Counted from the stretch's first letter, positions 9,068 through 19,100 are shown. The stretch: 64,000 nt of DNA from an uncultured Bacteroidota bacterium (GCA_903905065.1 CAIVEW010000079.1:3622-67621); one strand, 5' to 3'. A program made the numbers and translations. Notes: generated by a model from the letters alone, not told the origin.

Positions 9068-11077
9068 ATGAAAAAATATCTCTTACTGACATGGATGACA
9101 CTAATGGCAAGCGCCTCATTAAAAGCTGCGGTTGGTGATACCACCTGGGTACAAGCCAATATCACGAACCTGGAATGGTATGGTAATTTTGATACGGCGG
9201 TCAGTTTTCCTACGTCCACTACTTACAGGAAAATATATATGATCTTTACTTTGGGTAAACATACTTGCCCCGGGTATAACTACGCCTGCGGAAACTATGG
9301 TAACCCGCCCTGTGCTGCCGGCCAAACGCCTTGGTGCGGTGACTGGGACTATACTATACTTAACTACCTGATGACTCCCGCCGGCGATACCCTGGAGCTA
9401 GCGCGTCTTATCTCTCCATACGCCAATGCAGGTGCTCCGCGCACACCCTATACCTGGACGCAGAATTATGTTTATGACGTTACCGATTATGCAAATCAAA
9501 TGAAGGGAGCTGCGACTATGCGCCTGCTTTATTCGGGATATTCCGGAGGCTTTACGGCAAATGTGAAGTTTGCATTTATTGAAGGTACGCCCGATAGAAA
9601 TGTGATGAAGGTGCGCCGTCTGTGGACAGGTAGCTATGGTTACAACGATACTACCCATCTCGATTCATTTGACATCAACACGCACTTTACTGCGGTCACC
9701 GATACGGTTCCTTCAGGCACGGCCTCTACTGATCTTAGGTTTCTGGTAACCGGCCATGGGTCTGATGCCAATGGCTGTTGCGAATTTGCTTCACATAATT
9801 ACCACGTAATGGTGGATAGCGCTTCTGTAGCTACTCAGACGATATGGCGCGATAACTGTGGGGCCAACGAGCTTTATCCGCAATCCGGTACGTGGTTGTT
9901 GCAAAGAGGCAATTGGTGCCCTGGCGCATTGGTTTACCCTAACTTCCATACACTGCCGGGATTAATGCCGGGCGCTGGTTTTAATGTCGCTGTTCAGTTC
10001 GATCCGTATTCGGGCAGCGGAGGAAGCTATACGACAGAAGGTCAGCTCATTTATTACGGACCGATGAATAAAGTGTTTGATGCGTCGTTAGATGATATTA
10101 TTGCGCCTACCAACGATCAGAATCATTTCCGGGAGAATCCTACTTCTAATAATCCTATAGTACACGTGAAAAATACTGGAGCAACGACCATTACCTCCAT
10201 AGCCTTTGAATATGGAGTTCAAGGTTATGCACCTCAAACATATACCTGGTCTGGCGCACTGGATTCGCTGCAGGAATCTGATATTAGTCTCCCTTTACTC
10301 TCCGCGCTTGATACTGTTGCGGGAATATCCGGAACTTATTCATTCTCCTGTACAATGACATCTATTAATGGTGCAACAGATGATGACGCGACCAACAATA
10401 CAATAACTTCTTCTTTTGTTGCTGCGCCGGTTTGGCCTTCTCCACTAAAAATAACATTACGTACCAACAACGAAGGTGCAAATGAAAATCGCTGGGTCAT
10501 CACGGATGTGAACAATAATGTTGTGGCCCAACGCATGGGGGCTGTCAATAATACTACATACCGGGATACTATTAATTTACCACGAGGCTGTTATAAGTTG
10601 CAAGTGTTTGACAGCAGTTGCGACGGCTTAGCATGGTGGGTATTTCCTCAATACACTCCCCCTATCACCAACGGATCTGTCAGTGTCGGCCCCGTGCTTG
10701 GACCATCGCTTTTGATGCAAGGCAATCCTACGGGCTCCTATAACAATGACTTTGGCTGTGGGTTTGTACAATACTTTTTCCTGGACTCAATGGCAACTGT
10801 TGCAAGAATTTCAAATGTTAATGAAAGCAACGTATTTATGGAGGCTTATCCAAACCCGGTGCACGGCGTAGTGAACGTAGATATATCAGGACTGCAAAAT
10901 GTGCAGGGAAAAATAGAATTGATGGATATGGCCGGCAGGGTAGTGGCGTTGGTATCGGTTTATGATGCTCATACACAAGTTAATGTGGAGCAGCTTTCCG
11001 GTGGTGTGTATATGCTGGTTTATGTTAATGGGGCGTCTGGCACAAGGGCTCAGACTAAGTTGCTGATCGCAAAATAG
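9068..11077 (+). CDS. Secreted peptide-N-glycosidase F-related protein with a T9SS type-A C-terminal sorting domain
   Basis: It has a signal peptide. FLVTGHGSDANGCCEFASHNYHVMVD...WRDNCGANELYPQSGTWLLQRGNWCPG resembles the PNGase F C-terminal domain signature. The C-terminus (YPNPVHGVVNVDI...GGVYMLVYVNG...LLIAK) is a Por secretion tail. Confidence 0.6.
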   Translation: MKKYLLLTWMTLMASASLKAAVGDTTWVQANITNLEWYGNFDTAVSFPTSTTYRKIYMIFTLGKHTCPGYNYACGNYGNPPCAAGQTPWCGDWDYTILNYLMTPAGDTLELARLISPYANAGAPRTPYTWTQNYVYDVTDYANQMKGAATMRLLYSGYSGGFTANVKFAFIEGTPDRNVMKVRRLWTGSYGYNDTTHLDSFDINTHFTAVTDTVPSGTASTDLRFLVTGHGSDANGCCEFASHNYHVMVDSASVATQTIWRDNCGANELYPQSGTWLLQRGNWCPGALVYPNFHTLPGLMPGAGFNVAVQFDPYSGSGGSYTTEGQLIYYGPMNKVFDASLDDIIAPTNDQNHFRENPTSNNPIVHVKNTGATTITSIAFEYGVQGYAPQTYTWSGALDSLQESDISLPLLSALDTVAGISGTYSFSCTMTSINGATDDDATNNTITSSFVAAPVWPSPLKITLRTNNEGANENRWVITDVNNNVVAQRMGAVNNTTYRDTINLPRGCYKLQVFDSSCDGLAWWVFPQYTPPITNGSVSVGPVLGPSLLMQGNPTGSYNNDFGCGFVQYFFLDSMATVARISNVNESNVFMEAYPNPVHGVVNVDISGLQNVQGKIELMDMAGRVVALVSVYDAHTQVNVEQLSGGVYMLVYVNGASGTRAQTKLLIAK

Positions 11078-11162
11078 CGCTAATATCAAAGTCGACTTTA
11101 ATGAAATACTCAGCGGGCTGCGTTTTGCAGCCTGTTTAGTTAGGTGATAGAATACTTGTTTT

Positions 11163-11477
11163 ATGAATGGAAGGATAGAAAAATTACATGAATTTTTAAA
11201 GGCTACGCCAAACGATTGTTTCCTGAATCATGCCCTTGCGCTCGAATATGTGAAACAGGGGGATGAGGCTAATGCGAGGAGATATTTTGAAAACAATCTT
11301 AATAACGATGCGGGTTATGTAGCAACTTATTATCATCTTGGAAAATTACTGGAACGGATCGGGGAGCAAAATACCGCCATTAGCATTTATGAAAAAGGAA
11401 TGGAGCAGGCAAAAGCCGCGAAAGACATGCATTCTTACAGCGAATTACAAGCAGCACATGAGGACCTCGTTGATTAA
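11163..11477 (+). CDS. Small tetratricopeptide-repeat protein
   Basis: The protein is 104 aa with TPR-like helices (ALALEYVKQGDEANARRYFENNL; YYHLGKLLERIGEQNTAISIYEKGM). Confidence 0.6.
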   Translation: MNGRIEKLHEFLKATPNDCFLNHALALEYVKQGDEANARRYFENNLNNDAGYVATYYHLGKLLERIGEQNTAISIYEKGMEQAKAAKDMHSYSELQAAHEDLVD

Positions 11478-11513
11478 TGGGTGATTGAGATGGTTAATGT
11501 TTAATGTTACAGT

Positions 11514-12848
11514 GTGAATTTACTTCAGCAATTTTCTGAACATTGGAAATCAAGGCAATACGCGATGCCGGGTGCGTGTGTGCTGCTGGCCGTGAGCGGC
11601 GGTGCTGACTCGATGGCGATGGCCGATCTTTTTTTAAAAGCAGGCTTCCCGTTTGCCGTCGCCCATTGCAATTTTGGGCTTCGTGCAGAGGCGGCAGACC
11701 TTGATGAGCAGCTCGTCGCAGAATGGTGCAACACAAACAATATCACTTTCCATAGAGTTCAGTTTGAAACAAAAGCGAAGTCTGAAGAATGGAAGAAAGG
11801 TACGCAGGAAACCGCGCGGATATTGAGGTACGAATGGTTTGAACTATTGAGGAAAGAGCACCTTTATGCTAGGGTCGTTACCGCCCATCATGCCAATGAC
11901 AACGTAGAGACATTGCTCATCAATTTGTTCAAAGGAACGGGAATTAGTGGCCTGCACGGTATACGTCCGCAGAATGGCAATATCGTTCGCCCGTTGTTGT
12001 TTGCCAGCAAGTCTATGATCGCTGACTACGTCAAGGAACATGCAATAGCTTATCGCGAGGATGCGTCTAATGATACGGACGATTATCTGCGGAATGCAGT
12101 GCGGCGAAACATATTGCCCTCGATCCAACAATGGTTCCCTGGTGCGGTGACGAGTGTAAATGAAAGTATAGAGCGCTTCGGAGAAGTGGAAGTACTGTAT
12201 AGGAAGGCAATTGAGCAGGAACGAAAGAAGCTGATGGAAAAACGAGGTAACGACTACTATATACCCGTTTTAAAACTGCAGCACCACCAACCGCTGGCCA
12301 CCATTTGTTACGAGTTGCTATACCCGTTCGGGTTTACCTCGGCTCAGTTGCCGCATGTGCTGAACCTGCTGAATTCCACCAGTGGCCATTATGTTTCATC
12401 AACAACACACCGTGTCATACGGAATCGCGATTTCCTGGTAGTAACCAACATACCTGCGGAGGCAGCAGACCTGATACTCGTTGAAGGCGTGCCATGCGTT
12501 ATCCACGCTGGCAAGTATCGTTTTTCCTTTTCCATACAACCGAAGCCGAAATCAATACCTGCTGACTCTAATGTCGCTTACCTGGACATGAGAAATATTG
12601 GCTTCCCGCTCCTTTTACGCAAATGGAAGACCGGGGATTATTTTTATCCCTTCGGGATGAAGCTGAAGAAGAAAAAAGTAAGCCGGTTGCTCATAGACGA
12701 AAAAGTGCCGTTGCATGAAAAAGAAGACATCCGCATACTGGAATGTAACAAGCGGATAGCCTGGGTCTCCGGGATACGGCCGGATGAACGTTTCCGGGTG
12801 AAAGAAACCACGGAACAGGTATTGGTTGTAAAGCGGGAGACTACCTGA
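11514..12848 (+). CDS. tilS: tRNA(Ile)-lysidine synthetase
   Basis: It has the PP-loop LLAVSGGADSMAM, plus HHANDNVETLLINLFKGTG and a TilS C-terminal domain. Confidence 0.92.
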   Translation: MNLLQQFSEHWKSRQYAMPGACVLLAVSGGADSMAMADLFLKAGFPFAVAHCNFGLRAEAADLDEQLVAEWCNTNNITFHRVQFETKAKSEEWKKGTQETARILRYEWFELLRKEHLYARVVTAHHANDNVETLLINLFKGTGISGLHGIRPQNGNIVRPLLFASKSMIADYVKEHAIAYREDASNDTDDYLRNAVRRNILPSIQQWFPGAVTSVNESIERFGEVEVLYRKAIEQERKKLMEKRGNDYYIPVLKLQHHQPLATICYELLYPFGFTSAQLPHVLNLLNSTSGHYVSSTTHRVIRNRDFLVVTNIPAEAADLILVEGVPCVIHAGKYRFSFSIQPKPKSIPADSNVAYLDMRNIGFPLLLRKWKTGDYFYPFGMKLKKKKVSRLLIDEKVPLHEKEDIRILECNKRIAWVSGIRPDERFRVKETTEQVLVVKRETT

Positions 12849-13452
12849 AGTTTTGGATCCCCTCAATAAATATCTTGCCGTGTGTTGGGTCTACCAGGTA
12901 GGCAAAAAAGAAACCATATAGTCCACCCATCATGTGCGCATCATGACCGATATTGTCTTTTCCCGCGCGCGACGAATACACGGAATACAGTAAGTACAAT
13001 ACCGCAAATATTATTGCCGGAATCCTGATGCCCGGAATAAATATGAGACCCATACGGGCCCAGGGGTTAAAATAAATGAATGCAAAAACTATTGCAGAAA
13101 CCCCGCCAGAAGCCCCTAAAGCGCTGTAATAACGGTGATTCCTGTGTTTGATCATAGCAGGGACGGACGCGATTATTATCCCTGTTACATAGAGAACGAT
13201 GTACATCCACCGGAAGCTTATATCTGCAAATTGCGCTTCCATATATTCTCCGAAGATGTACAGTGCATACATGTTGAATGCTAAGTGCGGGATATCCTGG
13301 TGAATAAATCCGGAGGTCAAAAGGCGGTAATATTCTGATGGCCGGTCCATACCATAGGGAAAAAGGATCAGTTTATTTCTGACCTGATCATTGCTGAAAG
13401 CGCCGAGCGAAATCAGGACAGTGGCAGCGATAATGAAAATAGTATAACTCAT
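12841..13452 (-). CDS. Rhomboid family intramembrane serine protease
   Basis: It has six TM segments, the HLAFNMYAL motif, and the catalytic GASGGVSAI and H (GHDAHMMG). Confidence 0.88.
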   Translation of the reverse strand: MSYTIFIIAATVLISLGAFSNDQVRNKLILFPYGMDRPSEYYRLLTSGFIHQDIPHLAFNMYALYIFGEYMEAQFADISFRWMYIVLYVTGIIIASVPAMIKHRNHRYYSALGASGGVSAIVFAFIYFNPWARMGLIFIPGIRIPAIIFAVLYLLYSVYSSRAGKDNIGHDAHMMGGLYGFFFAYLVDPTHGKIFIEGIQNFR

Positions 13453-13541
13453 TTTAATTTTAAAATATATTAATTTATTCAGATAGCTATTGGGATGAAA
13501 ATAAGAATAAAGAACAAAAGTACCTTGTCTCGCGTGATTTA

Positions 13542-14015
13542 TTACACATGGTGGTAAGGAGAATTGTTAAGAATGCTGAAAGCCCTGTAGACCTGCTCTG
13601 CCACAATCAACCGTACTAGCTGATGTGGAAAAACCAGCTGGGACAAAGACCAGCATTGAATGGCCTTCTTGCGCACGTTATCCGTTACGCCAAATGCTCC
13701 TCCTATCAATATTACCATCGTTTTCACCCCCTGGTTCATACATTGCTGGAACTGTTGAGACCACTGAATGGAGTTCAGCATCTTACCCCGTTCATCAAGC
13801 AGGATAAAATAGTGTTGCGGCTGTAACCTCTTAAGAATGATTTCTTCCTCTTGCAGCTTTGTCCGCTCTACATCGGTCGTGGCGGCTTTTTTAGAAGCCT
13901 GGAGAATGACGAGCTCGACTGTATTCCACGGCATTGTCTTCTTGAAATAATGGCGTATACCATCTTCAATAAAGGGTTCATTATCCTTGCCAATCGACCA
14001 TATTTCTATATTCAT
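13542..14015 (-). CDS. rlmH: 23S rRNA (pseudouridine1915-N3)-methyltransferase
   Basis: The protein is 157 aa of the SPOUT class. Motifs are ILLDERGK, ILIGGAFG, FPHQLVRLIVAEQVYRAF and SPYHH. Confidence 0.92.
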   Translation of the reverse strand: MNIEIWSIGKDNEPFIEDGIRHYFKKTMPWNTVELVILQASKKAATTDVERTKLQEEEIILKRLQPQHYFILLDERGKMLNSIQWSQQFQQCMNQGVKTMVILIGGAFGVTDNVRKKAIQCWSLSQLVFPHQLVRLIVAEQVYRAFSILNNSPYHHV

Positions 14016-14072
14016 GAAAACCTTGTTTATGGTTCAGACAAAAAAAGTATTTGTAAAAATAGTCGGTTTTCG

Positions 14073-14080
14073 TATCTTTG
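14073..14080 (+). promoter_or_regulatory. -7 promoter element (TATCTTTG) for tRNA-Arg
   Basis: It matches TAnnTTTG and lies 17 nt upstream of the first tRNA nucleotide. Confidence 0.5.
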
Positions 14081-14097
14081 CACTCCGAAAAAAGAAC

Positions 14098-14171
14098 GGC
14101 TGCGTAGCTCAACTGAATAGAGCATCTCACTACGGATGAGAAGGTTTTAGGTTTGAATCCTAACGCGGTCA
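14098..14171 (+). tRNA. tRNA-Arg (anticodon ACG)
   Basis: I folded the cloverleaf by hand. The acceptor is GGCTGCG/CGCGGTC (two G-U pairs). The D arm is GCTC...GAGC. The anticodon stem is TCTCA/TGAGA with loop CTACGGA. The T arm is TTAGG-TTTGAATC-CTAAC. The discriminator is A, and CCA is not encoded. Confidence 0.9.
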
Positions 14172-14306
14172 CTAAGGCCTCCACAAGCGTGGAGGCTTTT
14201 TTTATTTTCCAAATATGAAGGCTGGCGGTCACTAAGGGTTTCCACAAACGTGGAGTCTTTTTTATTTTCGATATTTGAACCCAAGCGGGCAGCAACCCTC
14301 CAACGG
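14165..14306 (+). repeat. Tandem 60-bp repeat (about 2.4 copies) of the tRNA-Arg 3' end plus its terminator
   Basis: GCGGTCACTAAGG...hairpin...TTTTTTATTTTC starts at 14165 and again at 14225. A decayed third copy (GCGGGCAGCAACCCTCCAACGG) starts at 14285. Confidence 0.75.
14177..14203 (+). terminator. Rho-independent terminator of tRNA-Arg
   Basis: The hairpin is GCCTCCAC-AAGC-GTGGAGGC, followed by a T7 run. Confidence 0.8.
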
Positions 14307-14810
14307 TTATAAAAGCCCCACCCTGATTATATTTTTTTCAGTGCTTATGCGGGGAATTTGTTTTTTGTGTTTGCCTGCTGTATTCGCGTGCTGCGGATAC
14401 TTTCGGTGTATTTATAAGGTTTTTTCACATTTCCCATCGTTACCCAATTATGCCACATGCCAATTTTCAGCTTTCAGTTGGCAATAGACAGAAGCTGAGA
14501 CTAATCAGGATTTAACGAGTTATAGTTTCCTGCGCTGAAAATTATTAAATGTGTATTGGCTAAAGCACTTTTTTTTCGCATTTTGGCATAAAGGTCTTGC
14601 AAGGTTTTGACAGTAAAAATTGAAGTTTTATGACGGTTTGTTTTCGTTACATCACGCGGCGCGGTTGGTATATGATGTAAAATTGTTTCGAGGTATATGA
14701 TTGGCTATGAGCTTTATACAGGTTTAATTAGATGCCATCTGGTGCGAGTGCTATGTCGCCGAGTTCCTGTAAAAAGAAACTAGGCTAGCACAGAGATCAT
14801 TATAAAAAAA

Positions 14811-14835
14811 GCGGGAGCGCTAGTTGCACTCCCGC
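14811..14835 (-). terminator. Terminator of the His-rich peptide gene
   Basis: The stems are GCGGGAG...CTCCCGC. On the minus strand a T7 run follows. Confidence 0.65.
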
Positions 14836-14856
14836 CTCATTCATTCACCAGAGGGG

Positions 14857-15072
14857 TTACTTGCCGGAGCTTTTGCCATTCTTCTTTTCGGCGTGTTTTT
14901 TAGATGCCTCTTTTGAATGGTCTTCCGCTTGCGCTGCGTGGCCGTTTGCGGCCTGAGCATTAGATGCGGCCTGGTCGTCGTCTCCATCCATGTGGTTTTT
15001 GTGTGCATCTGTGTGGTGCTTCGCTGCAGCGGTGTGATGTTTTGCTGCTTCTTCGTGATGATTGTGTTTCAT
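14857..15072 (-). CDS. Small histidine/alanine-rich protein (hypothetical, stress or metal-binding type)
   Basis: The protein is 71 aa: MKHNHHEEAAKHHTAAAKHHTDAHKNHMDGDDD...HSKEASKKHAEKK. It has a repeated AAKHHT motif and its own terminator. Confidence 0.55.
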   Translation of the reverse strand: MKHNHHEEAAKHHTAAAKHHTDAHKNHMDGDDDQAASNAQAANGHAAQAEDHSKEASKKHAEKKNGKSSGK

Positions 15073-15251
15073 AAAATTTATTTGGTTTAGCCCTGTTCAA
15101 TAAAATAACCGTGCCATGTAGAGGTTGAAAATGCGTAGAGGAATTTCCTTACAAATCAACTTTATAAAATACCTGCGACTGCTATTTGTAGCAAACAGAT
15201 TTTTAGGCTGGCATGATAATTTAATGTCGTTCTGCAACTAAAAAAAAATTT

Positions 15252-15914
15252 ATGCCTACGGTAAAAAAATCACCTACCTCCAAAAAGAAAACAGTTACCA
15301 AGCAACCGCCGGTTGTGAAAAAGGTGGCGCAAAAGAAAACTACAGCTGCAAAGAAAATTGCTCCAAAGCCCTCAGATAAAGACCTGCTGGCGAACTTTTT
15401 CCTCGACGAACTTAAAGACATTTATTGGGCCGAGAAGCACCTGATCAAAGCGCTGATAAAAATGGAAAAGAACGCCACCGCTTCTGCCTTGAAGGAAGCC
15501 TTTGCAAATCACAGGGGAGTTACAGAGGGGCATATAACGCGTCTCGAAGACGTATTTGGGTTATTGAAACAAAAACCTATCGCCAAAAAGTGCGAGGCAA
15601 TGGCTGGCATAACCAAGGAGGGCGACGACATAATTGAGGAAACACCGAAAGGAACAGAGACAAGGGACGTCGGCCTTATTTTCGCGGCGCAGAAAGTGGA
15701 GCACTACGAAATTGCAACCTATGGCAGTCTTGCCGAACTTGCCCGCACATTAGGCTTACAAAATGTTTCTGAAATTTTAGAAGAAACCCTCGCCGAAGAG
15801 AAACAGGCGGATGAAGAACTAAGTAAGTTAGCTGTAAGGAGCATCAACGAAGAGGCAAGCCACGAAGAGGAAAAACCTGGATTTTTTGAACGCATAGCAA
15901 ATATGATCGGCTAG
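15252..15914 (+). CDS. DUF892 (YciE/YciF, ferritin-like) stress protein with a Lys-rich histone-H1-like N-terminal tail
   Basis: The core is DELKDIYWAEKHLIKALIKMEKNA...HRGVTEGHITRLEDVFGLL...CEAMAGITKEGDDII...KVEHYEIATYGSLAELA...EEKQADEELSKLA. The N-terminus is PTVKKSPTSKKKTVTKQPPVVKKVAQKKTTAAKKIAPKP. Confidence 0.8.
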   Translation: MPTVKKSPTSKKKTVTKQPPVVKKVAQKKTTAAKKIAPKPSDKDLLANFFLDELKDIYWAEKHLIKALIKMEKNATASALKEAFANHRGVTEGHITRLEDVFGLLKQKPIAKKCEAMAGITKEGDDIIEETPKGTETRDVGLIFAAQKVEHYEIATYGSLAELARTLGLQNVSEILEETLAEEKQADEELSKLAVRSINEEASHEEEKPGFFERIANMIG

Positions 15915-16073
15915 GCGTGCATAAAGCAATTATTTAAACAAGCATTACTTGCCTGGCGGTAGGTAATGCTTGTTGTACGTAATAGTAACTGTACTTTTTT
16001 TCCTCACTTTCGCCGGAATCGACAGCTCACCATTTCTGCCATTTTCTAAAAGCCGAATATTAGAGGCTTTTTG

Positions 16074-16081
16074 TATCTTTG
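16074..16081 (+). promoter_or_regulatory. -7 promoter element (TATCTTTG) for the giant adhesin gene
   Basis: It matches TAnnTTTG and lies ~90 nt upstream of the ATG at 16172. It overlaps the artificial TTG start of the track ORF. Confidence 0.45.
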
Positions 16082-16171
16082 TTAATATTGCGTTTACGGT
16101 GTAAGATTACCTTTGAGTGTTTGCCAACTGATGCTTTAAAAGGCATGCCGTTAATTAATACAAATTTTTCT

Positions 16172-19100
16172 ATGAAGAGACTTCTGCTTACTGTTGTTCT
16201 TGGCCTTTGCGTAATGATTGCCTATGGAAGGAACGTTCCCGGTTTTGCAGAATTCCTGTCAGCTCCGGCACCGGTTGTTGGCCCTATTAACGGCACTTCG
16301 CCGGTATGTATGGGTAACTCATTTGTTTTCTCCGACGCCACAACAGGCGGTATGTGGAGCAGCAGCAATTCTGGAGTAGCTTCGGTAAGCGGCTCGGGTG
16401 TGGTGAGCGGTATTACGACAGGTACCGCAATTATTTCTTATTCAGTAACTGATGGCACTGGCACAACCTACGTTACTTATCCGGTAACTGTGAACGCGGC
16501 GATTGCTGCTATATCTGGTTCTACCAGCGTTTGTTCAGGCAGTTCAGTGCTTCTTGGAGATGCGGCAAGTCCCGGAACCTGGACCAGCAGCAATGTGGCA
16601 GTTGCGAGCATCGGTTCGTCGACCGGCGAGCTATTGGGAATCACCAGCGGTGTTGTAACTATTACTTTTACGAGGGTTCCGGGCTGTTATCGTTCAACCA
16701 GTTTTACTGTTAATCAAACTCCCCCGCCGATCGTGGGTTCAAATAACGTGTGTGTTGGTGCGAACGAAAACCTTTCCGATGCTTTGGCAGGCGGCACATG
16801 GACCAGTTCGTTTACACCGATGGTAATTGTTGGCAGCGCTACTGGCATTGTAACCGGCGAAAGCGTGGGCAGTACAGCTATTCATTATACCATGAGTACC
16901 GGTTGTGCGGCGGTGATGGGTATTACCATAAACCCGCTGCCTGTTGCCATAACAGGTGTACGTTCTCTTTGTGCCGGGGCGTTAACAACGCTCTCTGATG
17001 GCTCACCATCGGGTGCCTGGAGCAGTAGCAATACAGCGGTTGCTGTTATTGCATCAGGTTCGGGATTTGTAACTGGTGAATCTGCAGGAACGGCAATCAT
17101 TACTTATGAACTATCGGCCACAGGATGTTTTCAAACGACCGTGGTAACCGTAAACGCATTACCGGCTGCCATTACCGGGGCGGGACGGGTATGTGCGGGC
17201 CAGTCAATGCATTTAAGTGATGCGGTAGCAGGCGGAGCCTGGAGCAGCAGCAATACTTCACTTGCTACGGTGGCTACTTCGGGCTTGGTGACCGGCGTTG
17301 CTGCCGGCACGCCACTGATCACCTACAAATTATCAACCGGATGTTTAACAATAACTCCTGTAACGGTAGATCCATTGCCTTCGGCTATCACCGGTATTGC
17401 AAAAGTTTGTGCGGGGTCAACAATAACACTTATAGATACATCGTCAGGAGGCACCTGGAGCGCAGCCAGTGGCTTTGCTGCATTGGATGGATCCGGGAAT
17501 GTAGCCGGTATCTCGGCCGGAACCGCTGTTGTTACGTATACTTCGGCGCACGGTTGTAACACCACTAGAATAGTTACTATTAACGCATTACCACCGGCAA
17601 TAAGCGGTACGCTGCTATTGTGCCAGGGCATTTCTACGACACTCACAGATATTTCAGCGGGCGGCACGTGGACTAGCAGCGATATTGCAGAGGCTGTTAT
17701 TTCCGGTACGGGGTTCGTAGCAGCTGTTACGGCGGGTAACCCGGTTATTTCGTACCAGTTACCCAGTACGGGATGCATTATTACAGCCACAATGACCATC
17801 AATCCCTTGCCCGCAGCTATTACAGGTGTGGCAAGTGTGTGTGCAGGTACAGGTACCTCACTTACCGATGCAACACCCGGAGGTGCCTGGAGTAGCAGTA
17901 ATGTGTCGGTGGCTAGCGTAGATGGCAGTGGAAATGTTACCAGTGGTGTCGCCGGAATGGCCGCAATTAGTTATTCAAATCCCACCGGATGTGGGGTGAC
18001 AAGAATTGTTACGATAAATGGATTACCTGCTACAGTTTCCGGTACGACACACTTATGTATCGGTGCTACCACTACCCTGAGCGATACGCCGGGTGGCACA
18101 TGGACCAGCAGTGATATTACCATAGCAACTGTTACTCCAGCTGGTGTTGTTTCTGGTATAGGAGCAGGCACTGCCACCGTCACTTATAGTTTGGGTACCG
18201 GGTGCGCGTCTATGGCGATCATTACCGTAAATCCTCTGCCTTCATCCGTAAGCGGCGCTGCAAGCGTTTGCATCGGGCTTTCCACTGCACTCACAGATGC
18301 GGGCGGTGGTTCCTGGAGCAGCAGCAATACCGGCGTTGCAACGGTAGATGGATCAGGAAATGTGACAGGTGTAGTGGCAGGCACAGTAACGATCACCTAT
18401 GTATTGCCAACAGGATGTAAAACAACAGTACCTTTTACTGTAAACGGCCTGCCGCCGGCTATTTCGGGAACAATGGCATTGTGCCTGGGCACCAGCGCCA
18501 CGCTGAGCGATGCGGCCGCCGGTGGTACCTGGAGCAGTGGTAACCTCGCTGTGGCGAACATTACCGGCGCGGGAACGCTGATAACAGTGGCTAGCGGAAG
18601 CGCAACGATCACCTATACTTCAGCGACGGGCTGTGTGCGTACCACAACCATTGTAGTAAATGCAGCTCCGGCCGCAATCACGGGTTATTCGTCAGTATGC
18701 GTTGGGTCTGTTGATCAGTTCAGCGATATCACTGCCGGTGGTACCTGGACGTCAAGTTCTGCTCCCTATGCCTCGATAGGTTCTTCAAGCGGTCTTACAA
18801 CTGGCCTTGCTACAGGTATTGTTACCATAACTTATAAATTAGGCACGGGCTGCATGGCCACAACGGTCCTTTCGGTAACGCCATCACCCGATGGCATCGG
18901 CGGGGCGGGGGGCTTGTGTGCCGGTTCATCGATTACTTTGTTCGACGCTACAGCAGGCGGCGCTTGGATAAGTGCTAACCCTGCCATAGCAACCATTGGT
19001 GCCGGAACGGGAACGGTTACCGGCATTTCCACAGGAACCGCAATCATTACTTACGAATTGACAGGCAGTTGTTACAAAACGACCACCATGACAATAAATG

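Noticed and set aside
12841-12848. An 8-nt overlap of the convergent stop codons of tilS and the rhomboid protease gene, with no terminator between them.
   Set aside because: It is a real sequence feature, but convergent overlaps of a few nucleotides are common in compact genomes. There is no evidence of a special function.
14275-14487. A 70-aa ORF in the ORF-poor region after the tRNA repeats.
   Set aside because: It starts inside the decayed repeat. It has Cys/Phe-rich, non-protein-like composition and no promoter motif. I treat it as non-coding (see the finding on the region).
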